DNA from: Mobula hypostoma | Lineage: Eukaryota | Length of the DNA: 64,000 nucleotides | Assembly: GCF_963921235.1 (NCBI RefSeq) | Contig: NC_086097.1 | Coordinates: 170,626,001-170,690,000 of the forward strand | Reading direction: 5' to 3' | In this document: piece after piece, positions 1-12,112 of the stretch | Position numbering within the stretch: the stretch's first letter is position 1 | Layout: each line of letters starts with the position of its first letter | Translations under genes and position numbers: made by a program | Notes under the pieces: model-generated | What the model saw: only the letters and a program-made list of their open reading frames with translations | The model's database searches: none | What the model was told of the DNA's origin: nothing

Positions 1-330
1 CCTAACCTCTAATCCCCCTGACCCATCAATAACCTGTCAATCTCAGCCATAAATACACCAATTGACAGCTTCCATAGCCCTGTGTGGCAACAGATTTCAC
101 AGATTCCCCAGCCTCTGGTTGAAGGCATTCCTGCTTGTCTCAGTTTAAAAGGAATGCCCCTTTATTCTGAGGTGGTGCCCTCAGATCCTGGACTCTCCTG
201 CTAATGGAAATATCCTCTATCGAGATCTTTCAGAATCCAGTCGGCTTGAATGAGATACCCCTCGTTCTTCTGAACTCCATCAGGTAAAGGCTCTGCACCA
301 TCAAACACCCTTCATACGTTAAGCCTTTCA
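1..330 (-). mobile_element. CR1 LINE 3' fragment
   Basis: Reverse complement matches the CR1 ORF2 C-terminus/3' region seen many times in the window (SRIxGHHLRIKGHSFK...RNAFNQRLGNLx). Confidence 0.75.
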
Positions 331-926
331 TTCTTGGCAGCCTGGAAGGAGTTGTGAATGAGGGGAAAACAAAAATGGGATTTGTGTAGAACTAGCATAA
401 CAGGGGTGATTGATGGTCAGAATGGACTCAATAAACCAAAGGGATGGTTCCCCTGTTGTGTGATAATCTGGATCGAGACAATTGGCTGCAAGGTGGTGAA
501 CTGAGCTCTCTGCCTTGTTTACAGAGAATCGCAAGTTAGCTAAATCAAGGTGAATGCCATCAGGGGACGCTAACTTTTGTCGATCTTCTGATTCCAGCAA
601 TAATCAAAACCTGACATTGTCACCCAATCAAAATCAAAGTCAAAAATCACATTTACTGTCATACACACAAGTACACATTTGCATAGGTGCAAAGAAAATC
701 TTACATGCAAGAGCATCACTGGCACATAGTATCAGATGCTCAAATTTAAAAAATCGAAATCACAATTTAACAACTTAAATTGTACAAAATTGTAAAAGAA
801 AGAACATATTTAAAACAAAACAATAACAAAGCCCAAACATGAGGAAATCTGCTGGAAATTCAAGCAACACGCACAAAAATTGCTGGTGAATGCAACAGGC
901 CAGGCAGCATCTATAGGAACAGGTAT

Positions 927-962
927 AGTCGATGTTTCGGGCCGAGACCCTTTGTCAGGACT
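927..962 (-). ncRNA. Hammerhead ribozyme motif (minimal type I), degenerate
   Basis: Reverse complement AGTC-CTGACAA-AGGG-TCTCGG-CCC-GAAACATC-GACT. The core changes are consistent with CpG decay. Confidence 0.6.
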
Positions 963-1269
963 AACTGAAAGAAGAGATAGTAAGAGATTTGAAAGTGGGA
1001 GGGGGAGGGGGAGATCTGAAATGATAGGAGAAGACAGGAGGGGGAGGGACGGAGCTAAGAGCTGGAAAGTTGATTGGCAAAAGGGATATGAGGCTGGAGA
1101 AGGGTGAGGATCATGGGATGGGAGGCCTAGGGAGAAAGAAAGGGGGGGTGAACCCAGAGGATGGGCAAGGAGTTATAGTGAGAGGGACAGAGGGAGAAAG
1201 AGAGGAAAAAGGGGAAAGAAAAAAGTAAGTAAATACATAAGGGATGGGGTATAAAGGGGAGGTGGGGCA

Positions 1270-1596
1270 TTAACAGAAGTTAGAGAAGTCAATGTTCATG
1301 CCATCAGGTTGGAGGCTACCCAGACGGAATAGAAGGTATTGTTCCTCCAGCCTGAGTGTGGCTTCATCTTTACAGTAGAGGAGGCCGTGGATAGACATAT
1401 CAGAATGGGAATGGGATGTGGAATTAAAATGTGTGGCCACTGGGAGGTTCTGCTTTCTCTGGTGGACAAAGCGTAGGTGTTCAGCGAAATGGTCTCCCAA
1501 CCTGCGTCGGGTCTCGCCAATATATAGAAGGCCGCATCGGGAGCACCGGACACAGTATATCACCCCAGCCAACTCACAGGTGAAGTGTCGCCTCAC
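1270..1596 (-). pseudogene. PLE GIY-YIG endonuclease domain (ORF C-terminus)
   Basis: VIYCVRCSRCGLLYIGETRRRLGDHFAEHL...VATHF...LEEQYLLFRLGSLQPDGMN. Confidence 0.9.
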
Positions 1597-2108
1597 CTGG
1601 AAGGACTGTCTGGGGCTCTGAACGGTGGTGAGGGAGGAAGTGTAAGGGCATGTGTAGCACTTGTTCCGCTTACAGGGATAAGTGCTGGGAGGGAGATCGG
1701 TGGGAAGGGATGGGGGGACGAATGGACATGGGAGTCGCGTAGGGAGCGATCCCTGCGGAAAACAGAAAGGGGGGAAGGGAAAGATGTGCTTAGTGGTGGG
1801 ATCCCTTTGGAGGTGGCAGAAGTTACGGAGAATTATATGTTGGACCCGGAGGCATAGGTGAGGACAAGGGGAACCCTATTCCTAGTGGGATGGCAGGAGT
1901 ATGGGGTGAGAGCAGACATGTGTGAAATGGGAGAGATGTGTTTGAGAGCAGAATTGATGGTGGAGGAAGGGAAGCCCCTTTCTTTAAAAAAGGAGGACAT
2001 CTCCTTCGTCCTGGAATGAAAAGCCTCATCCTGAGAGCAGATGTGGCAGAGACAGAGGAATTGCGAGAAGGGGATGGCATTTTTGCAAGAGACAGGGTGG
2101 GAAGAGTA

Positions 2109-2494
2109 TTAGTCTAAGTAGCTGTGAGAGTTCATTGGCTTATAGTAGACATCAGTAGATAAGCTGTCTCCAGAGATAGGGACAGAAAGATCAATAAAGG
2201 GGAGGGAGATGTCAGAAATGTACCAGGTAAACTTAAGGGCAGGGTGAAAGTTGAAGGCAAAGTTAATGAAGTCAGTGAGCTCAGCATGCGTGCAGGAAGC
2301 AGCGCCAATGCAGTCATTGATGTAGCGAAGGAAAAGTGGGGGACAGATACCAGTATAGGCATGGAACATGGATTGTTCCACAAAGCCAACAAAAAGGCAG
2401 GCATAGCTGGGACCCATATGGGGGCCCATGGCTACACTAGTTTGGATGAAATGGGAGGAGCCAAAGGAGAAACTATTAAGATTAAGAGTAAGGG
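2109..2494 (-). pseudogene. PLE reverse transcriptase fragment (degenerate)
   Basis: VAMGPHMGPSYACLFVG, LRYINDC (YIDD decayed), FHPALKFT, LPFIDL, TDVYYKP are PLE RT motifs. Confidence 0.9.
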
Positions 2495-2627
2495 AGCCTT
2501 GTATCCCTTTTGCCAATCAACTTTCCAGCTCTTAGCTCCATCCCTCCCCCTCCTGTTTTCTCCTATCATTTCGGATCTCCCCCTTCCCCTCCCACTTTCA
2601 AATCTCTTACTATCTCTTCTTTCAGTT

Positions 2628-2663
2628 AGTCCTGATGAAGGGTTTCAGCCCGAAACGTCAACT
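2628..2663 (+). ncRNA. Hammerhead ribozyme motif (minimal type I), intact catalytic core
   Basis: AGTC-CTGATGA-AGGG-TTTCAG-CCC-GAAACGTC-AACT: CUGAUGA and GAAA boxes, stem II GGG/CCC, palindromic ACGU stem III, GUC cleavage triplet. One stem I mismatch. Confidence 0.75.
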
Positions 2664-3891
2664 GTACTTCTTATAGATGCTGCCTGGCCTGCTGCGTTCC
2701 ACCAGCATTTTGTGTGTGTGTTGCAATAACAAAGCCCATTGAAGTGCAAAGAGGTCAAAGTGGTCAGGTTTTTGCTCTACTGAGATAGTGATTAGTATTG
2801 TGCCAGCTGGTTCAAGAAGCAAATGGTTGAAGGGAAAAGTTGTTCTTGAACTTGGACCTATGGGACTTCAGGCTTCTCAACCTCCTGCTGATGGTAGCGG
2901 CAAGAAGGTGGTGGGGATCTTTGATAGTGATAGATGTTATCTTCTGGAGATAACACCTAATGTAAACACCAGCAATGCTGAGAGGTGTTGTGGGCCGGGT
3001 CCATGACACTTCCAGTGAGAATAGTCCCTGACATGGTTCAGAGGTGGAAAATGAGAAAACTCAGTAATCCAATCCCAGACCCACAGGGATTGTATAGCAC
3101 AGAAACAGACTCTTTGGCCCATTAAGTCCTCCTCAGCTATCAGTCGCATATTTATATTTATATTCTTATTTCCCTTTCATCACTCAGTTCTCGAAACAAC
3201 TTACACAATGCAAATCCATGACCACTTTGATTAGTTTGAATGGCAATAGCCTTTATTTTTTTTTCTAGTTGTGTCCTTTCTGATATAATTTTTAGTAAAT
3301 TGTAAATTAGTTTATTATTGTTACATGAACTGAGGTACAGTGAAATTTTTATCTTGTATACCGTTCAAACTGATAATTTTGTTACAACAGTGCACTGAGG
3401 TAGTGCAAAGGAAAACAGCAGGAGTGCAGGTTATAAACATGAGAGTCTGTAGATGCTGGAAGTCTGAAGCAACATACACAAAATACTGGAGGAACTGGTG
3501 TAGGTTGAAGTGTGTTACATTAACACACTTCAAAGTGCAGTGAGGTTTTTCTTGTGAACGTTGTGAATCTGTTGCCATCTGCCTGTGATGTGGTTGCAAG
3601 TTTTTCATTGTACTTCTGCATACAAGCAATATGATTTGAGCAAATGACAATAAATCTGACATTAACCTCATTTATTTTATTCTTCTCAGGTTCCTGTCAA
3701 CTTCTAGTACAGTAGCTTTACAATGGTTATCCTTCCAACCAGTCACAGGCAGAACATATAGACAGCACCCGAGGTCAGGATTGAACACAAATCTGTAATG
3801 ATGTGAGGCTATGGCTCTACCAATTGTACCACCTCCTTCCCCTCTTGTTAAAGAAGAATGCTTCCGTACTTAAGAACTATGAATCCAAGCA

Positions 3892-4739
3892 CGGACAAGA
3901 GAAAATCTGCAGATGCTGGAAAACCGGGCAATGCACACAAGATGCTGGAGGAACTCAGCAGCCCAGGCAGCATCTATGGAAAGGAATACAGTTGACCTTG
4001 CAGGCTGAGACCCTTCACCAGGACTGGAGAAAAAAAGGAAGGTAAGGGGAGGAGCACCAGAGGGAGGTAATGGGTGGGTAAGGAGATAAGGTTAGAGAGG
4101 GAAAAGGGAATGGGGAATGGCGATGGGGCGGGGGGCAGGTGTCATTACTAAAAGTTTGAGAAATCAATGTTCATGCCATCAGGTTGGAGGTTACTCAGAT
4201 GGAATACAAGGTGTTGCTCCTCCAATATGAGTGTGGCTTTCCCATTCTGACATGCCAGTCTATGGCGTCCTTTACTATTGCGATGAGGCCATACTCAGGT
4301 TGGAGGAACAGCACCTTGTATTCCAACCTGATGGCATGAGCATCGATTTCTCAAACTTCTGGTAATGCCCCCTCCACCTCCTTTACCATTCCCCATTCCC
4401 ATTTCCCCCTTTCACTTTATCTCCTGACCTGCCCATCACCTCTCTTTGGTGTTCCTCCTGCTTTTCCTTCTTCCATGTCCTTCTTCCTCTCCTATAAGAT
4501 TCCCCCTTCTCCAGCCCCATATCTCTTTCACCAATCAACTTTCCAGCTCTTTATTTCATCTCTCTCCTGCTCCCAGTTTTACCTGTAACCTTGTGTTTCT
4601 TCCTCCCCTCCCCCACCTTCTAGTTCTGACTTCATCTTTTTTTCTCCAGTCCTGGTGAAGGGTCTTGACCCAAAACACTGACTGTACTCTCTTTTCCATA
4701 GATGCTGCCTGACCTGCTGAGTTCCTTCAGCATTTTGTG
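3892..4739. mobile_element. PLE inverted pair of 3' ends (minus arm 3892-4239, plus arm 4240-4739)
   Basis: Both arms carry the GIY-YIG C-terminal coding end, the 3' UTR and a degenerate hammerhead. TSD TGAATCCAAGCA at 3880-3891 and 4740-4751. Confidence 0.85.
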
Positions 4740-5477
4740 TGAATCCAAGCATGCTCGTTGTTAGAAGGTAAAGATATTTTGTCTGCTGCTGCAGACAATG
4801 GGTTACAGGCAGAATTACTGGCAGGCTGTAAGTGAATCTCGTTGGTGCTTATGAGGTCTTGAACACACAGATGTAGAAGACATCTATGGGGAACAATGCA
4901 ATCCTTTTATATGTAAATATTCCAGCACCTGAAAGCAATTCTGAATTGACAAACAGAGCAAAGGGAACAATATGTGGCAGTTATTCCCCTTAGACAGAAT
5001 TGATAGCTGGTGCATTGTATGATTTTAAAGTTCTAACAATGTGATAATCATTCAATTCTAATACTTTGTTTTGAAAATAGTTGGTTAATTTTCACACGCT
5101 TGGATCCTGAACTATTCACGTAATTTTAAATTCAGTTCAACACCTGCCCCTGCACCTTCTCCATAACAGCCAGCGCAAGCCCTAAACAGCCCTTCCATTC
5201 CAGGTGGGATGGTTTTACATATGCAAATCCTGCACTGTTATTTATTGTATTTCGTGCTTCCATTGTGGCCTCCTCTGTATTGGTGAGAAGCAATGCAGAT
5301 TAGGGGACCGCTTTGTTGAGCACCTTTGCTCCGTCCACCGCAGCAGCCAGGGTCTCCCAGTGGCCAGCTATTTCAATTCCACTTCCCATTCCCTCACCAA
5401 TATATCTGCCCATGGCCTCCTCTACTCTCATGTTGAGACTGTTTGGAAATTAGAGGAACAGAACCTCGTAGATAGAT

Positions 5478-5570
5478 ACAACACACATCAAAGTTGCTGG
5501 TGAATGCAGCAGGCCAGGCAGCATCTCTAGGAAGAGGCGCAGTCGACGTTTCAGGCTGAGACCCTTCGTC
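5478..5570 (-). mobile_element. Very short PLE 3' end insertion
   Basis: Close match to 864-960. Reverse complement includes GACGA-AGGG-TCTCAG-CCT-GAAACGTCGACT. Confidence 0.75.
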
Positions 5571-5677
5571 GGATACTTTATTGAATGCAAAGGAAATTAC
5601 AGTGTCACTGTAGCATTACCAGTTCACATATACAATATTAGAAGAAAAGTGAAAAGAGTAAGTGAAAAAAAATTGCC

Positions 5678-5987
5678 TTGATTAATCAAGACTTTCAAAC
5701 ATTGTGGGGACCTTTTCTGAATTATTTTCTAAACCTTTGATTTGCTGTTAAAGCACAGATGATGACTAACTATCTTTTTTTCTTTTTTTTACTAATCAGC
5801 TTCGGTCTTGGTAGTTGGTTAGATTTTTTTTATATTAATAAAATAATTTTTCAATGTCACCAACTAATTGACTTGTACGAATGTAAGGTAAGGAGTTTTT
5901 ATATGCGATTTAGTTTAATGTATTGACATATATTTTTCCGTGTAATCTGTATTCTTATATATATAAATTAATGAAAATTTTGGAAAG
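5678..5987 (+). mobile_element. L1-clade LINE 3' end
   Basis: Begins QDFQTLWGPFLNYF (resembles fish L1 ORF2 C-terminus), followed by an AT-rich UTR and A-rich tail. TSD AAAAAAATTGCC at 5666-5677 and 5988-5999. Confidence 0.6.
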
Positions 5988-6739
5988 AAAAAAATTGCCC
6001 TCAGCACAGCATTGAGTAGTTTCCAACCTAATGGCATGAACACTGAATTCTCCAAATTCTTGCAACGGCTGTCTCTATGTCCCTTTTCACTGAACCGCTG
6101 AACCACCATCTCTTTCCTGGTCCCCACTCTCTGCATCTCCACATAATCCACACACTCCTCCCACTGGATCACCTCTCCTCCTCCCTCCCTTTATTCGATG
6201 ATCCACTTTACTCTCCAATCCGATTCTACCACCTTCAGCCCTTTGTCACCTCCACCTATCGTCTCCCAATATCTGATGCCATTCCCACCCACCCTCCCTC
6301 CCTTATCTGCCCATCAACCCTCACCTGGTTTCACCTAATACCTGCTGACTCTTGTTCCACTCCTTGCCCCCACCACTATATACTGGATATCTCCCCTCTT
6401 TCTTTCAGTCCAGATGATGGGTCATGACCCAAAATATTGACTGCACATTTCTCTACATAGATGCTGCCTGACCAAATGAGCTCCTCCAGTGCTTTTATGT
6501 GTTGCATGTAAATTTATCATCAGATCTGATTTATCTTACACTTGGTTAGATGTTATTTGGTAATTGTGTATGTATCAGATGTATGTATTGGTCTACATTC
6601 TGTCTCTTGAAGTTTCTATTGTGGTTAAGGAAAGACCTTCTTTTAGAAGTAGAATTTTGTATTTGTTTCAATGGGTTGAAGATAGATTGATAACTATTTT
6701 TGGGGGTAATTAGATCATTAGTGTGGCACGGACCATCAT

Positions 6740-7135
6740 GTAATGTAAAGCTTTTAGTCTGCATGCCTTCTGGTCAGATCATTCCATATAAGTTTATCAA
6801 GGCAGTATAAGAGGGGGGAAAAACAGAATGCAGAATATAGTGTTTCAGTTACAGAGAAAGGGCAGTGCAGGCAGGCAGATAATGTACAATGGCTATGATG
6901 AGGTCATTTGGGAGATTGAGAGTTCATGTTTTATTCATACAAGAGGTTATTCTGCAAAAATGAAGCTGTCCTTGAGCCTGATGATAAATACTCTCAAGCA
7001 TTTGTATCTTCTGGCCAATGGTGGGGGGTGGGGTAGAAGAGAGAATAATTGGGTTGGGTAGGGTCTTTGATTATGTTGGCTGCCAACCTGAGACAGTGGG
7101 AAGTGTAGACAGAGTTGATGGAGGGGAGATTGTCT
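6740..7135 (-). mobile_element. Rex1/Babar LINE 3' fragment
   Basis: LPSINSVYTSHCLRLAANIIKDPTQP and RRYKCLRVFIIRLKDSF on the minus strand. Confidence 0.75.
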
Positions 7136-8746
7136 TTTGCAACTATAATATCTGTAATTATAGACCAGAGTGAAACATTCATACATTTGTGAAGAGATGC
7201 CAAAAGTGACAGGGTCTTTGTTGCATATGGCAATCCAATAGAAACTCTTATCTGCAGAATAAACGAGGTAAAATTGTGGTCTCCTCTGCGGGAAATGTTA
7301 CAATAATGGCCAGACACAGAAGATATTAAATGATTGAAAAAGTTTTAAAACTGCATATGCTGGAAACCTGAAACTAAAGAGAAAACACTGAAAACACTCA
7401 ACAGGTCAAGTAGCACCTGAGGGAAAAGTTTCAGATCCAAGGCAAGGTTTTAAGAAAACTTTGTGTTAGGAATTTTCTTGAATTCTTACAAAAACTGCAT
7501 ATACCTTCTGTTCCTGCTGTTCTTTATCTGATAGGTTATTAATATGAAGTACATATTTGAAAGCCAATCATTTACAAGGATTTTCGGGATGGACAGGTGA
7601 GAGCAACATGCTTGAAAGCTCTTACTCAGATAACAAAAAGCCAAAATATTGCAGATGCTGGAAATCTGAAATAAAAAGCTGTAGATAATTAACAGGTCAG
7701 GCTGTTGGCAATCACTTCTTTTCCTCTTTCCTGCCCGAGTACTAAGTGGAACTGCAGAGTTGGGGAGTCATTGTACAGCATAGAAACAATCATTCAGTCC
7801 ACTGCATCTATGCTGAATATCTATCATTATTGCACTTGCCTGCATTAATTCATATCCTTCTGTGCTCTGCTTATTCAAGTACCAGTCCAATACCTCTTAA
7901 ATGCTGTTAGTGTTCCTGCCTCCACCATTTCCTCTGACAGCTCATCCCAGACACCAAGTGCTCTTTGTCTGAAAACCTCATCCCTCTCAACTTAAATCTA
8001 TGCCTCCATAGCCCCCTGGCACCTTCCTGTACACTCATGATTGTGTGGCCACATTCTGCTCTAGTTCTGTCTTGAGGTTTGCAGGTGACACTACCGTAGT
8101 GAGATGTATCTCAAGTAATGATGAGTTGAAACACAGGAAGGACAGAGAGAGCTTAGTGCCATGGTATCATCACAGCAACATACCCTTCAGAACAGCAGAA
8201 CAACAGAGCTTCTGGAAGGCTGGGGGAGTGTTGATTTGAGGGAGTTGATAACCTCAATTTCCGAGGAGTGAATATCATCAATGGACTTCCTTGGCATGGC
8301 TGGAAAGTTCACCAATGTGGCTACTTCATCAGGAGGCTAAAGGAATTTGGCATGTTCCTGTCAACACTTAGAAATGTTTATCGATACTCCATAGAAAACA
8401 TCGTTTATGGATGCATAATAGCTTGGTATGACAACAGCTCTGCACGTGACTGCTATAAACTGCAGAAAGTTGTGGACTTAGATCAGCACATAATGGAAAC
8501 CAGCCTCCCCTCCATGTGCTCTGTCCACACTTCTCACTGTCTCAGTAAAGCAGCCAGCTTAATCAAAGACCCTATCCACCCTGGGTATTCTTTCTCCTCC
8601 CTTTTTCCATTGGGTAGAAGATAACGAAAGCTTAAAAGCATACACCATAAAGCTCAAGGACAGCTTCTATCCTGCTGTTATAAGAGTATTGAATCTCTCT
8701 CTAGTATAACAAGATCGACTCTTGACCTCACAATCTACCTCATTAT

Positions 8747-10924
8747 TGTAGTGCATTTAATATTTCAGTAATATTTTAAATATGTTGTTTGATTAAGCAG
8801 TGGGTACGAACATGAGTTCATAACCAGTGAATACCAGGTGAAAGTAATAATAAATAATTTTACAAAAGCAGAAGTGCCTGGCTACAGCAGAAAGATAGAT
8901 GTGTTTGACTGCATAATGGATAACTGGATGATTTATATTGAATGAATTGAACAGTAGTTTGAAGCAAATGAAATAGCCCATGAAAAATGAGTGCCAGTGT
9001 TGCTGAGTGCAATGGGTAGAAAAACATACAGTTTGTGTAGAAGTTTAACTGCTTCAGCAAAGAGCTGAAATGAGCTTGATGTCGTGAACATAATGTAGGA
9101 ACATTTAGAACCAAAACCATTGTTGATTGCAGAATGTTTTAGGTTTCATAAGCAGAATCAAAAGGAAGGAGAGTCCATTTCAGCTTAGTGGCTGAATTGA
9201 AGTAATTTTTAGAGCATTGTTAGTTCAGCATGGGTTTAAAGATGCACTGAGAGATTTTTTAGTTTGAGGAATTACATAAGAAAGCATTCAAAAACAGCTC
9301 CTATCTGAAGCACAAATCATATTTAAAAGAGCAGTTACAATTGCTGTATCAATGGAAACAGCAGCATGAGACACAATTGAGTTGCAGTCAGAGATGAAAG
9401 TGAACGTGAACAAAATTGCAATATCTAAACAGAAACCTTCTTGGCTGGACAAGTTATGTTGCTGTTGTGGCAAGGCTTTACGTACATCAGACCAATGTAG
9501 CTTTAATGGTGAAACTTGCAGCAAGTGCAACAAAGCAAGAAACATACAAAGAGCACCTCAGGCAGACAAAAATAAAGGTACCTGTATTCACTAGAATCAG
9601 CACAATGAGTGGTGACCTCATTTAAACCTATTGAATGGTGCAAGTCTTTGATAGGGTAGACGTAGAGTGGATGTTTCCTATGGAAGGAGAGTTTAAGACC
9701 AGAGGACACAGCCTCAAAGTAGAGGGCGTCCTTTTAGATCGGAGCTGTGGAGGAATTTCTTTGGCTAGAGAGTGGTGAATCTATGGAATTCTTCACCACA
9801 GGCAGCTGTGGAGATCATATGTTTATGTATATTTAAGACAGAGGTTGATAGGTTCTTGATTGGTCAGGGCATGAGTCAGAACAAACCTTTGTACCAAGAC
9901 TTTTATAGCTGGGTGGTACAGTACAGATGTAATATGTCATATTCCATTCATTTTTAGCAAAAAGATGTGGTCCATTGTCACTGACTCCGTTTTGAAACAC
10001 AGTCCTTGGGAAGAGGCTTCTTGACACATCAACAGTATGTGAGGCTGTGGTGGAGGCTATTGGGAACACTTTTGATTACTTTGTAGCTGTATCTGCTACT
10101 ACCAAAAATTTGTGCCCATAAATGATCTGGCAAAATCCACATTATCCTTTGCCAGGGCTATACAGGACCATTCCCAGGGATGGAGAGGCCCTGTTATTGG
10201 TATCTTCTGAACGTGTTTTGGCATCCTGAACAGTGCATGGTGAGCTCCTGAATCTGCTGATCTATTTCAGGTCACCAGACATAGCTTCGCGCCAACACTT
10301 TCATTTTGGCTATACATAGGTCATCGGCATGTAGCTCCTCCAACACTTTAGCTCCCAGTTTGGATGGTATGATCAGTTGAGGAGAGCTGTCACGTCCACT
10401 TCCTGTCATCCCAGAGTGAACCTCTGCACCACCGTGGAGGAGGTTTCACAACCACATTTCTGACCTGCCAAGTAGAGTGATCCCCTCTAGACAGAAAAGA
10501 TGTTATCCCACAAGAATACGAACTCTTCCACACCAATTAAATCATTATGCCTGAATGAGACAGTTCAAAATTTACTATGATGTGGAGGTCTAAATAGTAG
10601 TTGTATTACATAGTATTCTGTACATATAGGTAGACTAGAGAATAACGTGTTACATATTTGAGTTATGTTGCATTCTATATTGAGTTGGAGTTTATTGCTA
10701 AGCAGGAAGGAGTGCAGTGTTTTTAATATTTCAGTAATATTTGAATAATATTGTAAATATATTGTTTTGTTTTTTACATAATTTATTCTATTTAAGAAGT
10801 ATGTGAATGGTATATGTCATATGGAGAGTCAAACTGAAAAAAAGAAGAGAAGAAAAACTAAGTAGGCAAATATCCCACCCCATGTTTTTAATTTCAATTA
10901 GATTCTGGAGCTACAAAACAAAAG
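8747..10924 (+). mobile_element. Gypsy/Ty3 LTR retrotransposon remnant, rearranged
   Basis: Related LTR starts at 8747 (TGTAGTGCATTTAATATTTCAGTAATATT) and 10713. PPT AAGCAGGAAGGAG at 10700-10712. TTAT flanks both ends. gag remnant (LEPKPLLIAE.FRFHKQNQKEGESIS; Cys-rich knuckle) at about 8880-9560. Integrase remnant on the minus strand at about 9935-10385 (LARSYVWWPEIDQ, VSDNGPH). Confidence 0.8.
9590..9872 (+). mobile_element. CR1 3' fragment inside the Gypsy element
   Basis: GDLI...DRVDVE...TRGHSL...RNFF...VVNLWNS pattern. Confidence 0.75.
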
Positions 10925-11904
10925 TTATGAATTGACACATTATTGTGTACCTGCACTGCACTTTCCCTGTCGCTCACTGTTACACATTATTCTGTAGTGC
11001 AGTGTTCTTGTTCTGCATCAATCCACTGTGGAACAAATTGATCTCTATGAACAGAATGCATGGCAAGTTTTTCATTGTATCTTAGTACATGTGATGATAA
11101 TTAACCAATTCCAGTTCAATTTACCTTCAGACACCCCTCCCCAGGGAAATAGCCACTGGCTGTCTACCCCATCTCTCCCTCTCACAAATGCTTCCACCAT
11201 ACTCTGTCTTCCAGTGATGGGCTTGTATGATGGGCCATGGTGTGGCCATCCTAGTGTGTTTCATCACTTCATGATATATTTTCAGTGCCAAAAACTTCAG
11301 TTGATGGTATTTAACACAAATCTGACGGTTAATGAGTTTGTGGTTCATTGTGGAGGTTATAGAGAGAGTGATGGACAAATCCTGGAGAGTAAGGAATTAA
11401 CAATGAGGAAGTGGGGAGTGACTGGAAGACCCTGAATCATTGTTGGTCTACTGACACAGTGGACAGGACTTCTTCACAGTTGAGGGTTTAGACAGCAATG
11501 TTTTAAAGACATAAAATCACAGAGATACAGCACAGAACAGGTCCTTTAATCATGGAGTCCACACTGACCATTTGATGGTTGGGGAATCAAGAACTAGAGA
11601 GCATAGGTTTAAGGTGAATGGGAGATGCTTAGTAGGAACCTTGGGTAGGACGGCAATATTTTACACAAATGTGTTGCGTATATGGAATGCGCTGCCAGAG
11701 GAAGTGAAGTCATTGAAGTAATCTTTTAAAAGGCGCTACAGTAACAACTTTTAAAAGATACTTTGATTGGTGCATGGACGGGAAAGGTTTTAAGGGAAAT
11801 GGGCCAGATTTGACCATATGGGGATCTTGGGTAGTTGGGCCAAAGGGTATGTTTTTGTGCTCAATGAGTCTATAACTCTATCACTGACTTCACCCAACCT
11901 TCAA

Positions 11905-12112
11905 TGTTCTCCCACTCACCTACACTCTAGGGACAACTGAGCTAACAAACTGTACTCCTTTGGGATGTAGGGGGAAACCAGAGCACTCAGGTGAAACCTA
12001 CTCATTCACAGAAAGGATGGGCAGATTCCACACAGACAACACCCAACGTCAGCATTGAACCCAGGCCTTTGGATCTGTGATGCAGTGCCTCTACCAATTG
12101 AACCACTGTGCC
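11905..12112 (-). mobile_element. tRNA-derived V-SINE (HE1-like)
   Basis: Reverse complement has a tRNA-like head (GGCACAGTGG...GGGTTCAATGC) followed by a body matching the other copies (TGCTCTGGTTTCC...CCCAAAG). Confidence 0.65.

Larger units (their letters stand above)
836..2723 (-). mobile_element. Penelope-like element (PLE), 5'-truncated, with inverted 3'-end copy
   Basis: RT and GIY-YIG remnants on the minus strand. 2495-2723 is the reverse complement of about 864-1095. Direct repeat CAATAACAAAGCCCA at 821-835 and 2724-2738 (TSD). Confidence 0.92.
625..3000 (-). mobile_element. Rex1/Babar-type LINE 3' fragment, split by the PLE at 836-2723
   Basis: ORF 2812-3009(-) contains IKDPHH...RRLRSLKSHRSKFKNNF, the Rex1/Babar ORF2 C-terminus. 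The 3' UTR part lies at 625-835. Confidence 0.65.
5140..6506 (+). mobile_element. PLE GIY-YIG/3' UTR remnant interrupted at about 5468-6012
   Basis: ORF 5204-5503 VIYCISCFHCGLLCIGEKQCRLGDRFVEHL...LEEQNL resumes near 6013 (SFQPNGMNTEFS). Degenerate hammerhead at 6406-6443. Confidence 0.8.
8035..11110 (+). mobile_element. Rex1/Babar LINE (RT to 3' UTR), split by the Gypsy element
   Basis: FAGDTTVV (FADD decayed) and YRYSIENIVYGCIIAWY...LQKVV...IKDPIHPG. The 3' UTR stops at 8746 and resumes at 10925. Confidence 0.8.

Noticed and set aside
836..2723. DNA transposon with ~230-bp TIRs
   Set aside because: The interior encodes PLE RT and GIY-YIG, and the inverted repeats are copies of the PLE 3' end.
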